DNA of 64,000 nucleotides from positions 65,312 to 129,311 of the forward strand of contig DATJAL010000027.1 of NCBI GenBank assembly GCA_035516255.1, given 5' to 3'. Positions 45,693 to 55,927 of this stretch are shown here, piece after piece. The notes beneath the pieces were generated by a model. That model did no database searches, was not told where the DNA came from, and saw only the letters and a program-made list of their open reading frames with translations. The translations under genes and the position numbers were made by a program. This DNA comes from Chitinivibrionales bacterium (GTDB lineage: Bacteria > Fibrobacterota > Chitinivibrionia > Chitinivibrionales > FEN-1185). Numbering within the stretch: position 1 is the first letter of the stretch; every line of letters starts with the position of its first letter.

Positions 45693-48092
45693 TTATCTCA
45701 TCACCTTCAAACTCTTTATCACCCTATTTTCCTCCAGCACCTGAACCACATACACTCCCTTTGCGCACCCTGCGCACAGTTGTGCGGGCGCGACGTCCGG
45801 CCGGCCTGCCTTTGCCATGCGTACTGTTTTTCCGTGCAGGTCGATGATTCTGTAGAGCCACGGCCCGGGCGCCTTGGGAAAGAACGCCGCGCCTGTTGCC
45901 GGCGCCGCGACCGCCGAAGGGCCGGTCACGAGGATTGCCGTTTTGCAATTGTCAATGGACAGCACGTGCGGCCCCGCCGCCTGCGCAATGAGCGAAAACA
46001 CCACTGCCGTGTCGGTGTTGGCGGCAAGGCTGAGTATCTTCGTGTCGACAACGCCGCCGTCGCTGGTGAGTTGCACCGTGTCGATGCCGTCGGCGTCCCC
46101 GTAATTCCAGATGGTCGCGCCCACGGCCACCTGGCCGCCGCCCGAAACGTTCGCGGTGTCGGCCATAAGCGCGGCGCAGCAAAATTGCGGCACCACGAGC
46201 GCGGTGGAGAGGTTTATGGTGTTTTCCTCGCCCCAGTAGCTGTATATTTTTTTCTCCTCGGACACCCACACGAAGCACGACGGCCATTCGTATTTGCCGC
46301 CGTACCACGACGCGCCCGCCTTGTCGCGCGCCTTGTGCCAGTCGCCCCAGTAATACGGGAACCCGGGGATGGTCTGGATGGCCTTGACCTTCCACGGCGC
46401 CTTGCCGTCGAGGATGATCTCCTGGGGGAACGCCTTTTCGTAGCGCATGCCGTCCTTGAACCCCATGACCCTGATGTCGCCGTCGAGCGCCACGGCGCTG
46501 CTCGTGGCCGAGTTGAGGCATTCCATCATCCACTGGTTCTGCTGCTCGAGCGCGGCGTTGGCGGCGTTGCCGTACAGGTCGGTGCACTCGATCTTGACAT
46601 AGTTCAATTCGTCGTTCGACAGCTTGATCATGGTGCTGCCGCCCTTGCCCACGTCGCCCTCGAGAATGCTGAGGAACCGATACGCCGTGCCGTTGTACGC
46701 GATGGGAGAAAGCGTGGGCCAGTCTTTTGTGTCAAGGAACACGTGCTCGCGGCCGCAGTCGGGCAGGCCCGCGTGCTCGGCCCACTTGGTCCACACGCCG
46801 CTGCCCGGGTCGGTGGAATAATATATCTGCACCGGGTTGTAACAGCAGCCGTCGCAGGAAGCAAGATAGGTGCGGCCGTCGCTCCACGGGTTTCCGGCGA
46901 CGCCGAGCGTGGCCGGGTCCATGATGGACACCGGCGGCGCGTTGGCGGTCTGGTCGGACCAGTTCACGCCGTCGGTGCTCCAGCGGATCTTGTTGTCGGT
47001 GCGCGCGGTGAGCCACCACTTCTTGTTCGCGTCGCGCCACACGGCGGGGTTGAATCCCGCCCAGGCGGGATTGAGGGGCCCCTGGTGCGGCACCCAGTTG
47101 TACGACCATCTGTCAAGGAGCTGGAACCTGAAATCGTCGGCGCGCGCTGCGCCGTTCCTCACGATGAACAGCGGGTGCGGGGCGTACACGTCGTCGAGGA
47201 TGCTCTGCAGCGATTTGAGCACGGTGCCGGTTTCGGTCTCCAGCACCGCCTGCGCCGCCTTGCCCATTGAGGGCAGGCGGTTCGACAGGTCGAATCTCAG
47301 GCGGTACTTTGTTCCCTGCGCGAGCGCGGGCAGCGGCTGCGAATCGGCGCACCAGACATAGAAGCCGTTTTCCTGGCGCTCGGTCCAGTTCGCCTTTGTA
47401 TAGCCCGCCTCGGTGTGCGGGAAAATCGAGTACGTCGCGCGGCGCTCGACGTTCAGGGCGTTGTGCGCCCGGTCGAGTATGGCATAGCACCACACGCCGT
47501 TTTCGGCGGCAAAGCCCACGCCCACGTCGGCGTTTGGGTCGTCAAGGGAAAACAGCACGCTCGCCTCCGCCTCCTGCTCGTTGGTGAACGCGGGGTTCAT
47601 CGCGTAATGCATCACCATGGACGACGGCGTCGCGTAAGTCGCGGAGCGGGCGCCGTCGAGCGCGTTCGATGTTATGGCGATGCCGTCTGAAATGTAGTCG
47701 TTGAGGTCGCCGCGCTCGAACCCGTCGGTGCAGTCCCACATATGCTGCGGCGGCGTTTCGACCATGAAGACGTCCGTGTCGGCGCTGGAGACGGTTGCAC
47801 CGCCGCCGGTCGCCTTGACAAACCAGGTATGGCGTCCCGGCGCGAGCGGCTGCTGCGCAATGCACGACACGCCGGTCATTCCGGTGGCGGCCTGTTTGCC
47901 GTCGATCCATAAGTCATACTGGGAGGCGCCGCTGCTTGCCTGCCAGATAAACGCGGGCGAATGCGTCTGCAGCCAGACGCTGTCGGGCGCGACAAGCGAG
48001 AATGCGGCCGGCGCCGCCGATAACAGGCTTGCATTAACGATGAGAATCAGAATCGACGTTGATGGAACCTTGTTTTGATTAATCTGTTTCAT
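45693..48092 (-). CDS. Secreted multi-domain protein: FN3-like, lectin-like, Asp-box (BNR) beta-propeller, CARDB-like, T9SS CTD
   Basis: 799 aa with GGAGG 6 nt upstream. Asp-box-like IRWSTDGVNWSD and YYSTDPGSGVWTKW. The C-terminus GVYVVQVLEENRVIKSLKVMR is a T9SS CTD. The + ORF 45687..47270 (527 aa) is its shadow. Confidence 0.8.
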   Translation of the reverse strand: MKQINQNKVPSTSILILIVNASLLSAAPAAFSLVAPDSVWLQTHSPAFIWQASSGASQYDLWIDGKQAATGMTGVSCIAQQPLAPGRHTWFVKATGGGATVSSADTDVFMVETPPQHMWDCTDGFERGDLNDYISDGIAITSNALDGARSATYATPSSMVMHYAMNPAFTNEQEAEASVLFSLDDPNADVGVGFAAENGVWCYAILDRAHNALNVERRATYSIFPHTEAGYTKANWTERQENGFYVWCADSQPLPALAQGTKYRLRFDLSNRLPSMGKAAQAVLETETGTVLKSLQSILDDVYAPHPLFIVRNGAARADDFRFQLLDRWSYNWVPHQGPLNPAWAGFNPAVWRDANKKWWLTARTDNKIRWSTDGVNWSDQTANAPPVSIMDPATLGVAGNPWSDGRTYLASCDGCCYNPVQIYYSTDPGSGVWTKWAEHAGLPDCGREHVFLDTKDWPTLSPIAYNGTAYRFLSILEGDVGKGGSTMIKLSNDELNYVKIECTDLYGNAANAALEQQNQWMMECLNSATSSAVALDGDIRVMGFKDGMRYEKAFPQEIILDGKAPWKVKAIQTIPGFPYYWGDWHKARDKAGASWYGGKYEWPSCFVWVSEEKKIYSYWGEENTINLSTALVVPQFCCAALMADTANVSGGGQVAVGATIWNYGDADGIDTVQLTSDGGVVDTKILSLAANTDTAVVFSLIAQAAGPHVLSIDNCKTAILVTGPSAVAAPATGAAFFPKAPGPWLYRIIDLHGKTVRMAKAGRPDVAPAQLCAGCAKGVYVVQVLEENRVIKSLKVMR

Positions 48093-48125
48093 GTTTTTCC
48101 TCCATTATAATAAAACCGAAAAAGC

Positions 48126-48562
48126 GGGCGTTCCGCGGCTTCACGTTTTTTTTATACAGCATGGCAATCATGGCGCCTGCCGGTCACGGCACCGTGCCTT
48201 GTAAATTTGCCAAAAAATATTCAATCTGTGGGGGGAGGTCTCCCCCTGGGATGCAGCTTCCGCCGCCGCACAGGTTTGTATGGGCGCGGCATACCTTGTC
48301 CCCATTATCAAGAAGCGCGGCGGCGGTGATCTGCACCCACACCCCCTCCTTGACGTCGATACACCAATGATTCGCCGAGTGACGTAGTGGCTTGCGATCC
48401 GTCAGCTGCAGCGCGAGCTTTACGCGGTGGAGAAAGACAAGAATTGTAGCCAGCATATGGTACACTACGGTTTTGTTTTCTCCGCTCTCTAAAAGTTACT
48501 AAAAAAACCGATTGCCGTTTAAAACCTGACGGGAGTCATCATCCCAAGTCCTGCCTAACGCG
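48126..48562 (+). repeat. Long (~437 bp) member of the repeat family with core-type termini
   Basis: Starts GGGCGTTCCGCGG and ends CAAGTCCTGCCTAACGCGG. The inside carries the ATCATGGCGCCTGCCGGTCACGGCACCG, GGGGGGAGGTCTCCCCC and CCGCCGCCGC/GCGGCGGCGG modules. It is followed by a GGGGTGAGG repeat (48602-48639). Confidence 0.65.
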
Positions 48563-48704
48563 GCAAAAGGTAATATTGCGTATTTGTAAATTCCTTAAAA
48601 CGCCCCTCTCCGATTCGGAGGGGGAGGTTGGGGTGAGGTCTGGACGATCATGCAAACAAGACTTTCTTGTCTTTTGCCGTTTTGTCCCAAAAGAACGGCT
48701 TTCA

Positions 48705-51266
48705 TCATCGCTCAATGAGAAGAGTCCCGGATTTGATAAACGACCGACCCTTAAGCTCAATCTTGACTTTCCAGACATACGCCCCCGCCGGAACGCGTGC
48801 GTTTGCGGCGTCGGTCAGATTCCACCGGACCGAATTGCCGTTTGCGGACACCATCTTAATCAAACTGCCGTTCAAACGATAAATGCCGGCGACCAGGCGT
48901 TTAGCGTCATCCCCATTATCAACCGTGCTGAATACTATTGTCCTGGCAGGCATTCCTTCTTTTGTTATGCTGAACGATCCTTTACATTGAGCTCTATAAG
49001 GGCCAAACGCCATTCCAGTGGCGGCTCCCGCCGGTAAGCTCATCCTCGCCAGAATTTCATTATATGATGTTCCGTCCGGTGCGACATGGATGGTTTCGTT
49101 GACCGCCGTCACCAGAGTGATTTCGCCCCCCGACACCGTGCCAGAATCGATTCCGTTTCGGTAAACCCGCAATGTCTGACCCGGCCACGGATTTACAAAA
49201 GTGCAGTTTCTTCCCTTGTTGCTGACGATCCGCACATATTGCACCGCGTTTTTCTCTATGTCGCTCGACACAAGAAACCCGCCGTACGCCGCGAGGTCGC
49301 CGAATTTCGCGTACGTGTTTGCCGGCCAGTCGGAAAACAGCCGGATTTTGTTCTGGAACGACTGCGCGAGCATCTCGCACACGGTTGACGGGACGGTATT
49401 GAAATTCTCCAGCCCGCCGCCGCCCGTGTGGATGTGCAGGTTCGGGTAGGTATGGCCGGCGATCCAGGAATCGAGCTGGGTGAGAATGGTGGCCGGGTCA
49501 TAGCCCACGCGCGCTGCCGCCGGATAAAAGGTGTTCGTGCCGTTGTCGTCGCTCCATCGCGCCATCTGGCCCACCATGTTTTTCGCGATCTGCAAAAGCG
49601 TTGAATCGCTCCCCAGGCCGATCTGGCTTCCGGGGTAAATGTGCTGGATGCCGATGGCGTTGCCGCTGTTCCAGTCCAGCCCGATCTCGGTGTAGCGGAA
49701 CACCGTTTGGCCGTTGCGGGTGAAGGTCGGGAACGCGCTGAGCTTTCCCAGCCGGTCCTGCCAGGTCGCGCGAAGCGACGCGTCCTGGTTGAGATCCGCG
49801 CTCAGGTCGATGCACCCCTGCAAAAGGAACCGCACCAGGCCCAGCGACATGACGCCGTTGGTCTGCGGATACGCGTTGCCCTCGTGCTGGGCGTCGTTGA
49901 GGATCACGTACCGCGTGCCGTCCCACGACAGGTAGTTCTGCCAGAACGTCGCGACCTGTTTGAGCGCCGGATAGACCTTGTTCGCGTATGTCAAATCACG
50001 CGTGTAATAGTAATGCATGAGCATGTCGGTCGCGGCGAACGCACCGCACGACTTCTGGTTCCACTGGTTCGTGTCCGCGCTGCCGCCGGGCAGCGGCCCG
50101 ATGTGCACGCGGTAATAGGCGCCGGTCCAGCCGTTCGCGGCCGCGAGCGCCTGGCCGTTGGCCGCCCAGTCGATCACGGGCTTGTCGTAGCAGTCGGCGA
50201 GCTCGGCATGGTTGGTGGGGAACGCCAGGTAAAACGGCGCCTCGTAATTGTAGTTCAGGGTGTAATCGCCGTTCCACGCGGGGTTCTTGAGCGCCCAGTT
50301 TCCGAACAGGCCCGGCGCCGCCTCGTTGGTCCTTGCGCTGCTTGCCAGAAGATACAGCGACGCGTAATATTCCTTTTCGATGGCCTTGTCCGGGATCTCG
50401 ATGAACGATGCGCCGTAGAAGTTGTTCCACCAGGCATGATGGGTGCTCAAATATGAATCGATATCGCCTACCGTTGCCGCACTCACGCCGCTGATTGCCG
50501 CGGCCTGGTAACCGGCGCTGTCGTAGTTGCTCATGATGCAGGTGACAAGCGAAACGGTTTGCCCTGATGTCAAGGTAAAATTAAGGGTGTTGCCGGTGAC
50601 GGTCCCGGCGGCACCGATAACCCGCGCGGCCAGCCGCGCCTTATGCGCGGCGTATCCTCCGACATTGTCGACATTGTCCGCCCGCACGTCGATGGAGAGA
50701 ACGTCTCCGGATGAGCCGGTTGAATTGGGATACGAGTTCCCGTCGCCTGGGGCAAAAGAAACCGCAACGCTCCTGGTTCCGCTTCCCGTGTAGGTGAATT
50801 TGGTGATGAGCCTGTTGATGACCGTATTGTCTGCCTGCACCCATGTTTTTGTGGTGATGGTGGCTCCGTTCAGCCCGAACGTGCCGTTCACCTCGCCCAA
50901 TGCAATATCCTCGGTCATTGAATAGGAAGCGCCCGCCATTGACGGGACGGAAAGGGACATTTTCGCCATGGTCCTCACGCCCTTGTCGTTGAGCGACCAG
51001 AATTCGTTCTTGTCTATCACGAACGTCATTGAGGAGATGCCGCTCAGGACCGCGACGCCCACGTCGCCGTTTCCCAGCAGCGGCGCGTCGGTGGTCTGGT
51101 CGGTGCTTATCACCGATGGCGCGGAGGCGAAAGTGCCTTTATATTGATTGACAATGCGGAGCGCGTGGGTGGAAGTGATCTGGTCGGCAAAAACGGGCCC
51201 GGTCATGCAAAAAGTGACCGCGATCAAGCATGCGCTCAATCCTGAATACGATAATACGCTTTTCAT
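48705..51266 (-). CDS. GH95-like (six-hairpin) glycoside hydrolase with T9SS CTD
   Basis: ATG 51266 gives signal MKSVLSYSGLSACLIAVTFCMTGPVFA (the track start at 51287 is TTG). PLLGNGDVGVAVL...IDKNEFWS matches the GH95/GH65-N-type N-terminal motif (LGNGxxG...NExxxW). The C-terminus GAYVWKVKIELKGRSFIKSGTLLIER is a T9SS CTD. Family by eye only. Confidence 0.75.
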   Translation of the reverse strand: MKSVLSYSGLSACLIAVTFCMTGPVFADQITSTHALRIVNQYKGTFASAPSVISTDQTTDAPLLGNGDVGVAVLSGISSMTFVIDKNEFWSLNDKGVRTMAKMSLSVPSMAGASYSMTEDIALGEVNGTFGLNGATITTKTWVQADNTVINRLITKFTYTGSGTRSVAVSFAPGDGNSYPNSTGSSGDVLSIDVRADNVDNVGGYAAHKARLAARVIGAAGTVTGNTLNFTLTSGQTVSLVTCIMSNYDSAGYQAAAISGVSAATVGDIDSYLSTHHAWWNNFYGASFIEIPDKAIEKEYYASLYLLASSARTNEAAPGLFGNWALKNPAWNGDYTLNYNYEAPFYLAFPTNHAELADCYDKPVIDWAANGQALAAANGWTGAYYRVHIGPLPGGSADTNQWNQKSCGAFAATDMLMHYYYTRDLTYANKVYPALKQVATFWQNYLSWDGTRYVILNDAQHEGNAYPQTNGVMSLGLVRFLLQGCIDLSADLNQDASLRATWQDRLGKLSAFPTFTRNGQTVFRYTEIGLDWNSGNAIGIQHIYPGSQIGLGSDSTLLQIAKNMVGQMARWSDDNGTNTFYPAAARVGYDPATILTQLDSWIAGHTYPNLHIHTGGGGLENFNTVPSTVCEMLAQSFQNKIRLFSDWPANTYAKFGDLAAYGGFLVSSDIEKNAVQYVRIVSNKGRNCTFVNPWPGQTLRVYRNGIDSGTVSGGEITLVTAVNETIHVAPDGTSYNEILARMSLPAGAATGMAFGPYRAQCKGSFSITKEGMPARTIVFSTVDNGDDAKRLVAGIYRLNGSLIKMVSANGNSVRWNLTDAANARVPAGAYVWKVKIELKGRSFIKSGTLLIER

Positions 51267-51277
51267 GATTGGCCCGG

Positions 51278-53917
51278 TTACTTGCAAAGCGCCTTTACCT
51301 TGACGATATAGGTCCCACCCGCCGCCCGAACGTCCTTGCGCATGTCAACGAACTCCTTATCGACGGTCATCGCCCTGATCAGCCGCCCCGAAAGACTGTA
51401 CACCGCAACGGCATATGCATCATGCCGGCCGGGATTCTGGACGGCAAACCGGTCCGACGTCACCGTGAAGGTCCGCACCGCGGACGCAAGGGTTTTAGCT
51501 TGACATACAGGCATCAGCGTTCCCACCGGGTTTCCCTGCCCCGATCCCAGGATCAGGGTGGTGCCGTTGTAGGTCATCGTCTTCGCCGAGCCGTTCGCGG
51601 CGGCGGTGAGCTGCGCGAGGGTATAGGTGCTCAGGAGCTTGGCGGTCCGCTCAAGCACATACACCTGGCCGGCCGACGTGGCAAACGATATCACGTTGCC
51701 CGACGACGTCGTGATGACGCCGTTGTCCGACGTCCTCCGCACCTGGACCTGCTGGCCGGTCCATGGATTGACCACCGCGGCCTGAAGGCCGTACAAACTT
51801 TTGATGCCGACATATTTGATGTCCCCCGCCTCCCGCTCCGAGCTCACCAGGAACCCGTCGCGGCCAAGGAGCGTGAATTTCGTAGAGAGCGTCGCGTCGG
51901 CCGGCAGCGCCGGAAAAACCCTGATGGTGTCGCTGTGGCTCTGCAGCAGCGACTCGTTCATGGCGAGCAGGTGCACGCCCACGAACTCGAACACGCCGTT
52001 TGTATTGTTTGTAAAGCCGTTGGGATAACTCTGGTACGAGGCGAGCATACGCCGCAGGCCGTTGAAAGCCTCGTCGCCCAGGCCCATGCGCGCGGCCTGG
52101 ATCGCGTCGGGCGACCAGACGCTCGAATACGGGTTGGGCCTGCTGTTCCAGTTGTTCAGCGCGGTCTGGTAATCGGGCGCGCCGATGCCGGTCACGCTGT
52201 AGGGCCACATGAGCTCGCACACGACGTTTTCGCCGTTGCTCTGGCTCACCGCCGGCGGATCGTACGCCAGGTAGCGGGTCCCGCCGTTGTACGGTTCCGT
52301 TTTGTAAGGAACAAGGCTGTCGAGGATCCCCTGCCACCGCTGCCTGAGGCTTGCATCGGCGTTGAACGCCTTGCTCGCCTGTATCGCCTGCGGAAACAGC
52401 GCCCGCACTTCCGCGAGGTCCGTGATCGCGTTCTTGACGCCCCAGTAGGTCTCGTGGGCGTTGGAGTTGGCCATGTAGTACTGCTTCGCGGCCGTGTCGT
52501 ACGAAAGCTTCCCCGCGACGAACTTTGCCGTTTCGCGCATGTACGGATAGGCCGTGTCGCGCAGGAACGCCGAATCGTTGGTGTAACAGGCGCGCATGAA
52601 CATGTTCGACGCCACCTCGGAGCCCGTCGTGTAGATCCGGTCGGTGTAGGTGCTGGTCGTCGTCCAGGTGGCGTCGCCGTCCCAGCGCATGGTCTCGGGC
52701 GTCCACGCTCCGTCGATGGAAAACCGGGTCATGGTGAACGCTGTGAGCTTGGAAAGCACCCTGCTATACAAACGGTAAAACGCCGAAAGCGCGTCGGGAT
52801 GGTTCGAGGCGAGAAACGAGTTGTACACGTCGCGCTGGTTCCAGTACCAGTACGCGCCGCTCCAGTGGATGCCGATGTCCGCGTTGCTCTTGTACACGCC
52901 GTTGATAAAGTGGAACGGATAGTTCCCGTACGCGCCCGACGCGATGATGTAGGCGGCGAGGTAATAGTAGTTCTCGCAGTAGTCGGCGTCGCCGGCCGAA
53001 TTGGAATACTGAACAAACGATTTCTCCCAGAACGCGTGCCACCAGTTGACAAACGCGGTCATGGTGGCGTTGTAGCCGGCGGTCTTGACCGCGGCAAGCA
53101 GGTTTTGCGCCTGGGTCACCGAATTATTTCCCGGCGCGTTGAGCCGGCTCGCGCAGGCGATCCAGATGGTGTAGCTTGGCGCGGGCGTGATCTGCAGCGC
53201 CACCGTGCGGCCGTCCACCTGCCTCGTGGTGAACGACGCGCCCTCGACGGTCGCGGCCAGCGTGTAGCCGAAATTGTTCGCGTCGGTCTGGCCGCGGCTG
53301 ATCCCGGCCGCGCTCTGGTTCGCAAACGGCGTAACGGTCTTCCACGTGTTGATGTCGGGCACGTCCGACATCATGGAGTTCCACGAGCCGCTGGAGGTCA
53401 TTTGGGTGTTCGGGTCCCACATCGCGATCTGGAACGCGACCGAATTGACATTGGCGCGTCCGTCTTCCACGTGGATGCCGAGGACCTCCGAATTCGGCGC
53501 CCCGAAAAAGGTCACGGTCCGGTTGTTGTCCCAGTGCGCGGTAACCGTGCCGTCGTAGAGGTTCAGGTACTGCTGGAACGCGGCGTAGTTCGAGTCCATG
53601 CCCGGCAGCGTTGACAGCGTGCACCACCCGGCCGAAAAGCACGTCTCTTCCGATGCGTCAACACCACTCACTTGCAGGGAAACGCCCTTCGCGTTCCATA
53701 CCATGGCGCCCACCCTGCCGTTGCCCACGGTGAGGGCGTTTGTCGGGTTGGTGATGGGCTTGTTGAACACGATGTTGTGCTTGGAAAGGTAATGGCCGTA
53801 ATCGACGGAGAGCACGCCCGCCGACTGGTCGAAGGAGTGGGTGGCGGCGGAACTGTTATTTGTCATGATAGAGAGCGCCAGAACGGCAAGGGCCGGGAGG
53901 ATAAAATGTTTTTTCAT
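51278..53917 (-). CDS. GH95-like (six-hairpin) glycoside hydrolase with T9SS CTD
   Basis: ATG 53917 (GGAGAA upstream) gives MKKHFILPALAVLALSIMTNNSSA. LTVGNGRVGAMVWN motif. The C-terminus GTYIVKVKALCK is CTD-like. The 781-aa + ORF 51269..53614 is its Arg-rich shadow. Confidence 0.75.
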   Translation of the reverse strand: MKKHFILPALAVLALSIMTNNSSAATHSFDQSAGVLSVDYGHYLSKHNIVFNKPITNPTNALTVGNGRVGAMVWNAKGVSLQVSGVDASEETCFSAGWCTLSTLPGMDSNYAAFQQYLNLYDGTVTAHWDNNRTVTFFGAPNSEVLGIHVEDGRANVNSVAFQIAMWDPNTQMTSSGSWNSMMSDVPDINTWKTVTPFANQSAAGISRGQTDANNFGYTLAATVEGASFTTRQVDGRTVALQITPAPSYTIWIACASRLNAPGNNSVTQAQNLLAAVKTAGYNATMTAFVNWWHAFWEKSFVQYSNSAGDADYCENYYYLAAYIIASGAYGNYPFHFINGVYKSNADIGIHWSGAYWYWNQRDVYNSFLASNHPDALSAFYRLYSRVLSKLTAFTMTRFSIDGAWTPETMRWDGDATWTTTSTYTDRIYTTGSEVASNMFMRACYTNDSAFLRDTAYPYMRETAKFVAGKLSYDTAAKQYYMANSNAHETYWGVKNAITDLAEVRALFPQAIQASKAFNADASLRQRWQGILDSLVPYKTEPYNGGTRYLAYDPPAVSQSNGENVVCELMWPYSVTGIGAPDYQTALNNWNSRPNPYSSVWSPDAIQAARMGLGDEAFNGLRRMLASYQSYPNGFTNNTNGVFEFVGVHLLAMNESLLQSHSDTIRVFPALPADATLSTKFTLLGRDGFLVSSEREAGDIKYVGIKSLYGLQAAVVNPWTGQQVQVRRTSDNGVITTSSGNVISFATSAGQVYVLERTAKLLSTYTLAQLTAAANGSAKTMTYNGTTLILGSGQGNPVGTLMPVCQAKTLASAVRTFTVTSDRFAVQNPGRHDAYAVAVYSLSGRLIRAMTVDKEFVDMRKDVRAAGGTYIVKVKALCK

Positions 53918-54111
53918 AGGTTCTCCGATTATGAACATTTTTTAATGAAATGAGGTCCGTGCATTGTCACTCCCGCGAAAGCGGGAGTCCATCCCGTCTC
54001 TTGACCGGATTGGCAGGAGCCGAAACTCCTTTAGCATTGTATGCCGTCACAGTCGTTTTCCCGCGTTCGCGGAATGGCGTCCGCGTCAGAATAATTCAAC
54101 TATTATGAACC

Positions 54112-55683
54112 TTATCTAACAATCTTGGACACAAATTCACTGTTTCCCGACTTTATCCGCGCCACATACACACCGCTGGACAAATCGGATATCGGGATTT
54201 CAATTGTACGTGACGCGTCATTGTCTCTGGTCACTTTTGCCATTCTGCCATTGACCTTTTCAATCATGATCTCAACCGGTCCCGCCGACTTCAGGAATAT
54301 CCTGAGCGTATTGTCATTTACGGACATTCTTTCCATCCAGGAACCCGGCATCGATTGACAAACGCCTTTTGCCACCCGGGACGGGTTTGACGGATCGATC
54401 GGCATGGTCTTTGACACCGGAATCTTTCCCGTGAGCATTTGCTTCGCGAGTCCGGCCAGCCGCAGGTACCAGTCGCTCGGCAGGTTGTATCCATCCGCGT
54501 CAAGCGTCAATGTGTAGCCGTCTGCCGGCGCGAGCGATTTTTTCGGGCACGCCTTGAGAATGGCCGTGGCCTCGTCCACCTCGTCGAACATCGCGTTGTA
54601 GAGCATGGTGGCGCCGGCGCTCACGCAGTTGTACGCCTGGTCCCAGAACAGTTTGCCGCCCAGGCGCGGGATCTGGTTCTGCGGCGTGGTGCCCTGGTGC
54701 ATGTTCGCCCAGGAGAACCCGGGCCATATCACGGGCAGGTAGTCCTTGCCGAGGCTCTTACATTCCGCGATGTCGGGGACCAGGTGGCTTGCTTTCCAGG
54801 AATCGGCGCCGGCGGTGTCGCCGAACCTGCCCACGAGCCACGGGCTGATGATGTCGACGCTCCGGCACACCGTGGCCCACGCCGTGGTGGTGGTGCGCCA
54901 GTCGTCATTCACGCCGCCCATGATCGTTGCCTGGTACTTGGGGTCGGCGCCGGTCTGGAACCAGGTGATGATGTTCTGCGCCACGTCGGTGGTGATTGAC
55001 CTGTCGGAAAACCCGAACCCCCACACCGACACGAGCGGCTTGCCCTTGTATTTGAGGTACCGCACGCTCTGCGTGACCTTAAAGGTGTCCACGAGGTATT
55101 TCCAGTCGCTCGTGAGGTCGTCGAACAGCGTGGCGTTGTTCGCGCCGGAAACGTCGTACATGACCACGAACACCCTGCCGTAGGTCTCGGCCGCCTTTTT
55201 ACAATTGAGAAGGACCTTGTTGGTGAAATCGGTCCAGCCCACGTGCTTGGGGCCGAAGCGCTGCACCCACGCGCCGTCGATGCCGTAGTCCTTCATCCAC
55301 TTGAAGTGGCGCATCTCCGTCGCTTCCGGGTACGCGGAATTCAGCTTGACCACGGAGCCGTCGGCGTAGTGCATGTTCGTGGGAAACAGCTCGCTCGCCG
55401 CGTACTCGGTGAAATCGGGGAACAGGTCGACGTTGAGCGACGAATACGACGGCGTCTGGCTGTTGAACCAGTGGAACCACCCTCCGCCCGACCCGTCGCC
55501 CGGGCACTCGAACCAGCCCTGGTAGCCGCACATGTATTTGCCCACGAGGGTCGTGGCGTCCACCGTGTCCTGGGCCGCGGCAGGGGTTGTTGCAAGAGTA
55601 AGTAGAACGGTGATGATGATGAACACGCGGAAAGGGAGCGTGAAAAGCGACCCGCCGTCGCTTAATCGTTGAAGGTGCCTCAT
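54112..55683 (-). CDS. Secreted putative glycoside hydrolase (family not assignable by eye) with T9SS CTD
   Basis: 523 aa with AAGGAGG upstream and a signal peptide. CGYQGWFECPGDGSGGGWFHWF, DYGIDGAWVQRFG, VVMYDVSG and KPLVSVWGFGF suggest a TIM-barrel glycosidase-like fold. The C-terminus GVYVARIKSGNSEFVSKIVR is a T9SS CTD. Confidence 0.65.
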   Translation of the reverse strand: MRHLQRLSDGGSLFTLPFRVFIIITVLLTLATTPAAAQDTVDATTLVGKYMCGYQGWFECPGDGSGGGWFHWFNSQTPSYSSLNVDLFPDFTEYAASELFPTNMHYADGSVVKLNSAYPEATEMRHFKWMKDYGIDGAWVQRFGPKHVGWTDFTNKVLLNCKKAAETYGRVFVVMYDVSGANNATLFDDLTSDWKYLVDTFKVTQSVRYLKYKGKPLVSVWGFGFSDRSITTDVAQNIITWFQTGADPKYQATIMGGVNDDWRTTTTAWATVCRSVDIISPWLVGRFGDTAGADSWKASHLVPDIAECKSLGKDYLPVIWPGFSWANMHQGTTPQNQIPRLGGKLFWDQAYNCVSAGATMLYNAMFDEVDEATAILKACPKKSLAPADGYTLTLDADGYNLPSDWYLRLAGLAKQMLTGKIPVSKTMPIDPSNPSRVAKGVCQSMPGSWMERMSVNDNTLRIFLKSAGPVEIMIEKVNGRMAKVTRDNDASRTIEIPISDLSSGVYVARIKSGNSEFVSKIVR

Positions 55684-55861
55684 GATCCTCCTTTGTCAAT
55701 TTATTAAAGTATCTTGGATTCGAAATGGAGACTATGCTCCTATTATGCTACCATCCACCGGCTATTATTGATAAAAGGCGTTTCGAATTTAGTCCCTTAT
55801 CATACCTCTTCTTCCTCCGTGTAAACTCTCTATCACCACTGTCGCAACGACAGCCACTCAA

Positions 55862-55912
55862 ATGATCCGGCCGAGGGAGTCACGGCGCCAAAGAGGGGGA
55901 GACCTCCCCCCA
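55862..55912 (-). repeat. Short mosaic repeat module (reverse copy)
   Basis: The reverse complement GGGGGGAGGTCTCCCCC...GGCGCCGTGAC matches modules at 48170-48250. Confidence 0.5.
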
Positions 55913-55927
55913 TTATTACTTTACAAA

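Noticed and set aside
51269-53614. 781-aa + strand ORF, the second-longest plus-strand ORF call in the right half of the window
   Set aside because: It is antisense to the 51278..53917 gene, which has a signal peptide, a GH95-like motif and a T9SS tail. The + frame is Arg/Gly/Val/His-rich low-complexity sequence (RRRR, GRRG runs) with no RBS or motifs. This is a typical high-GC shadow ORF.
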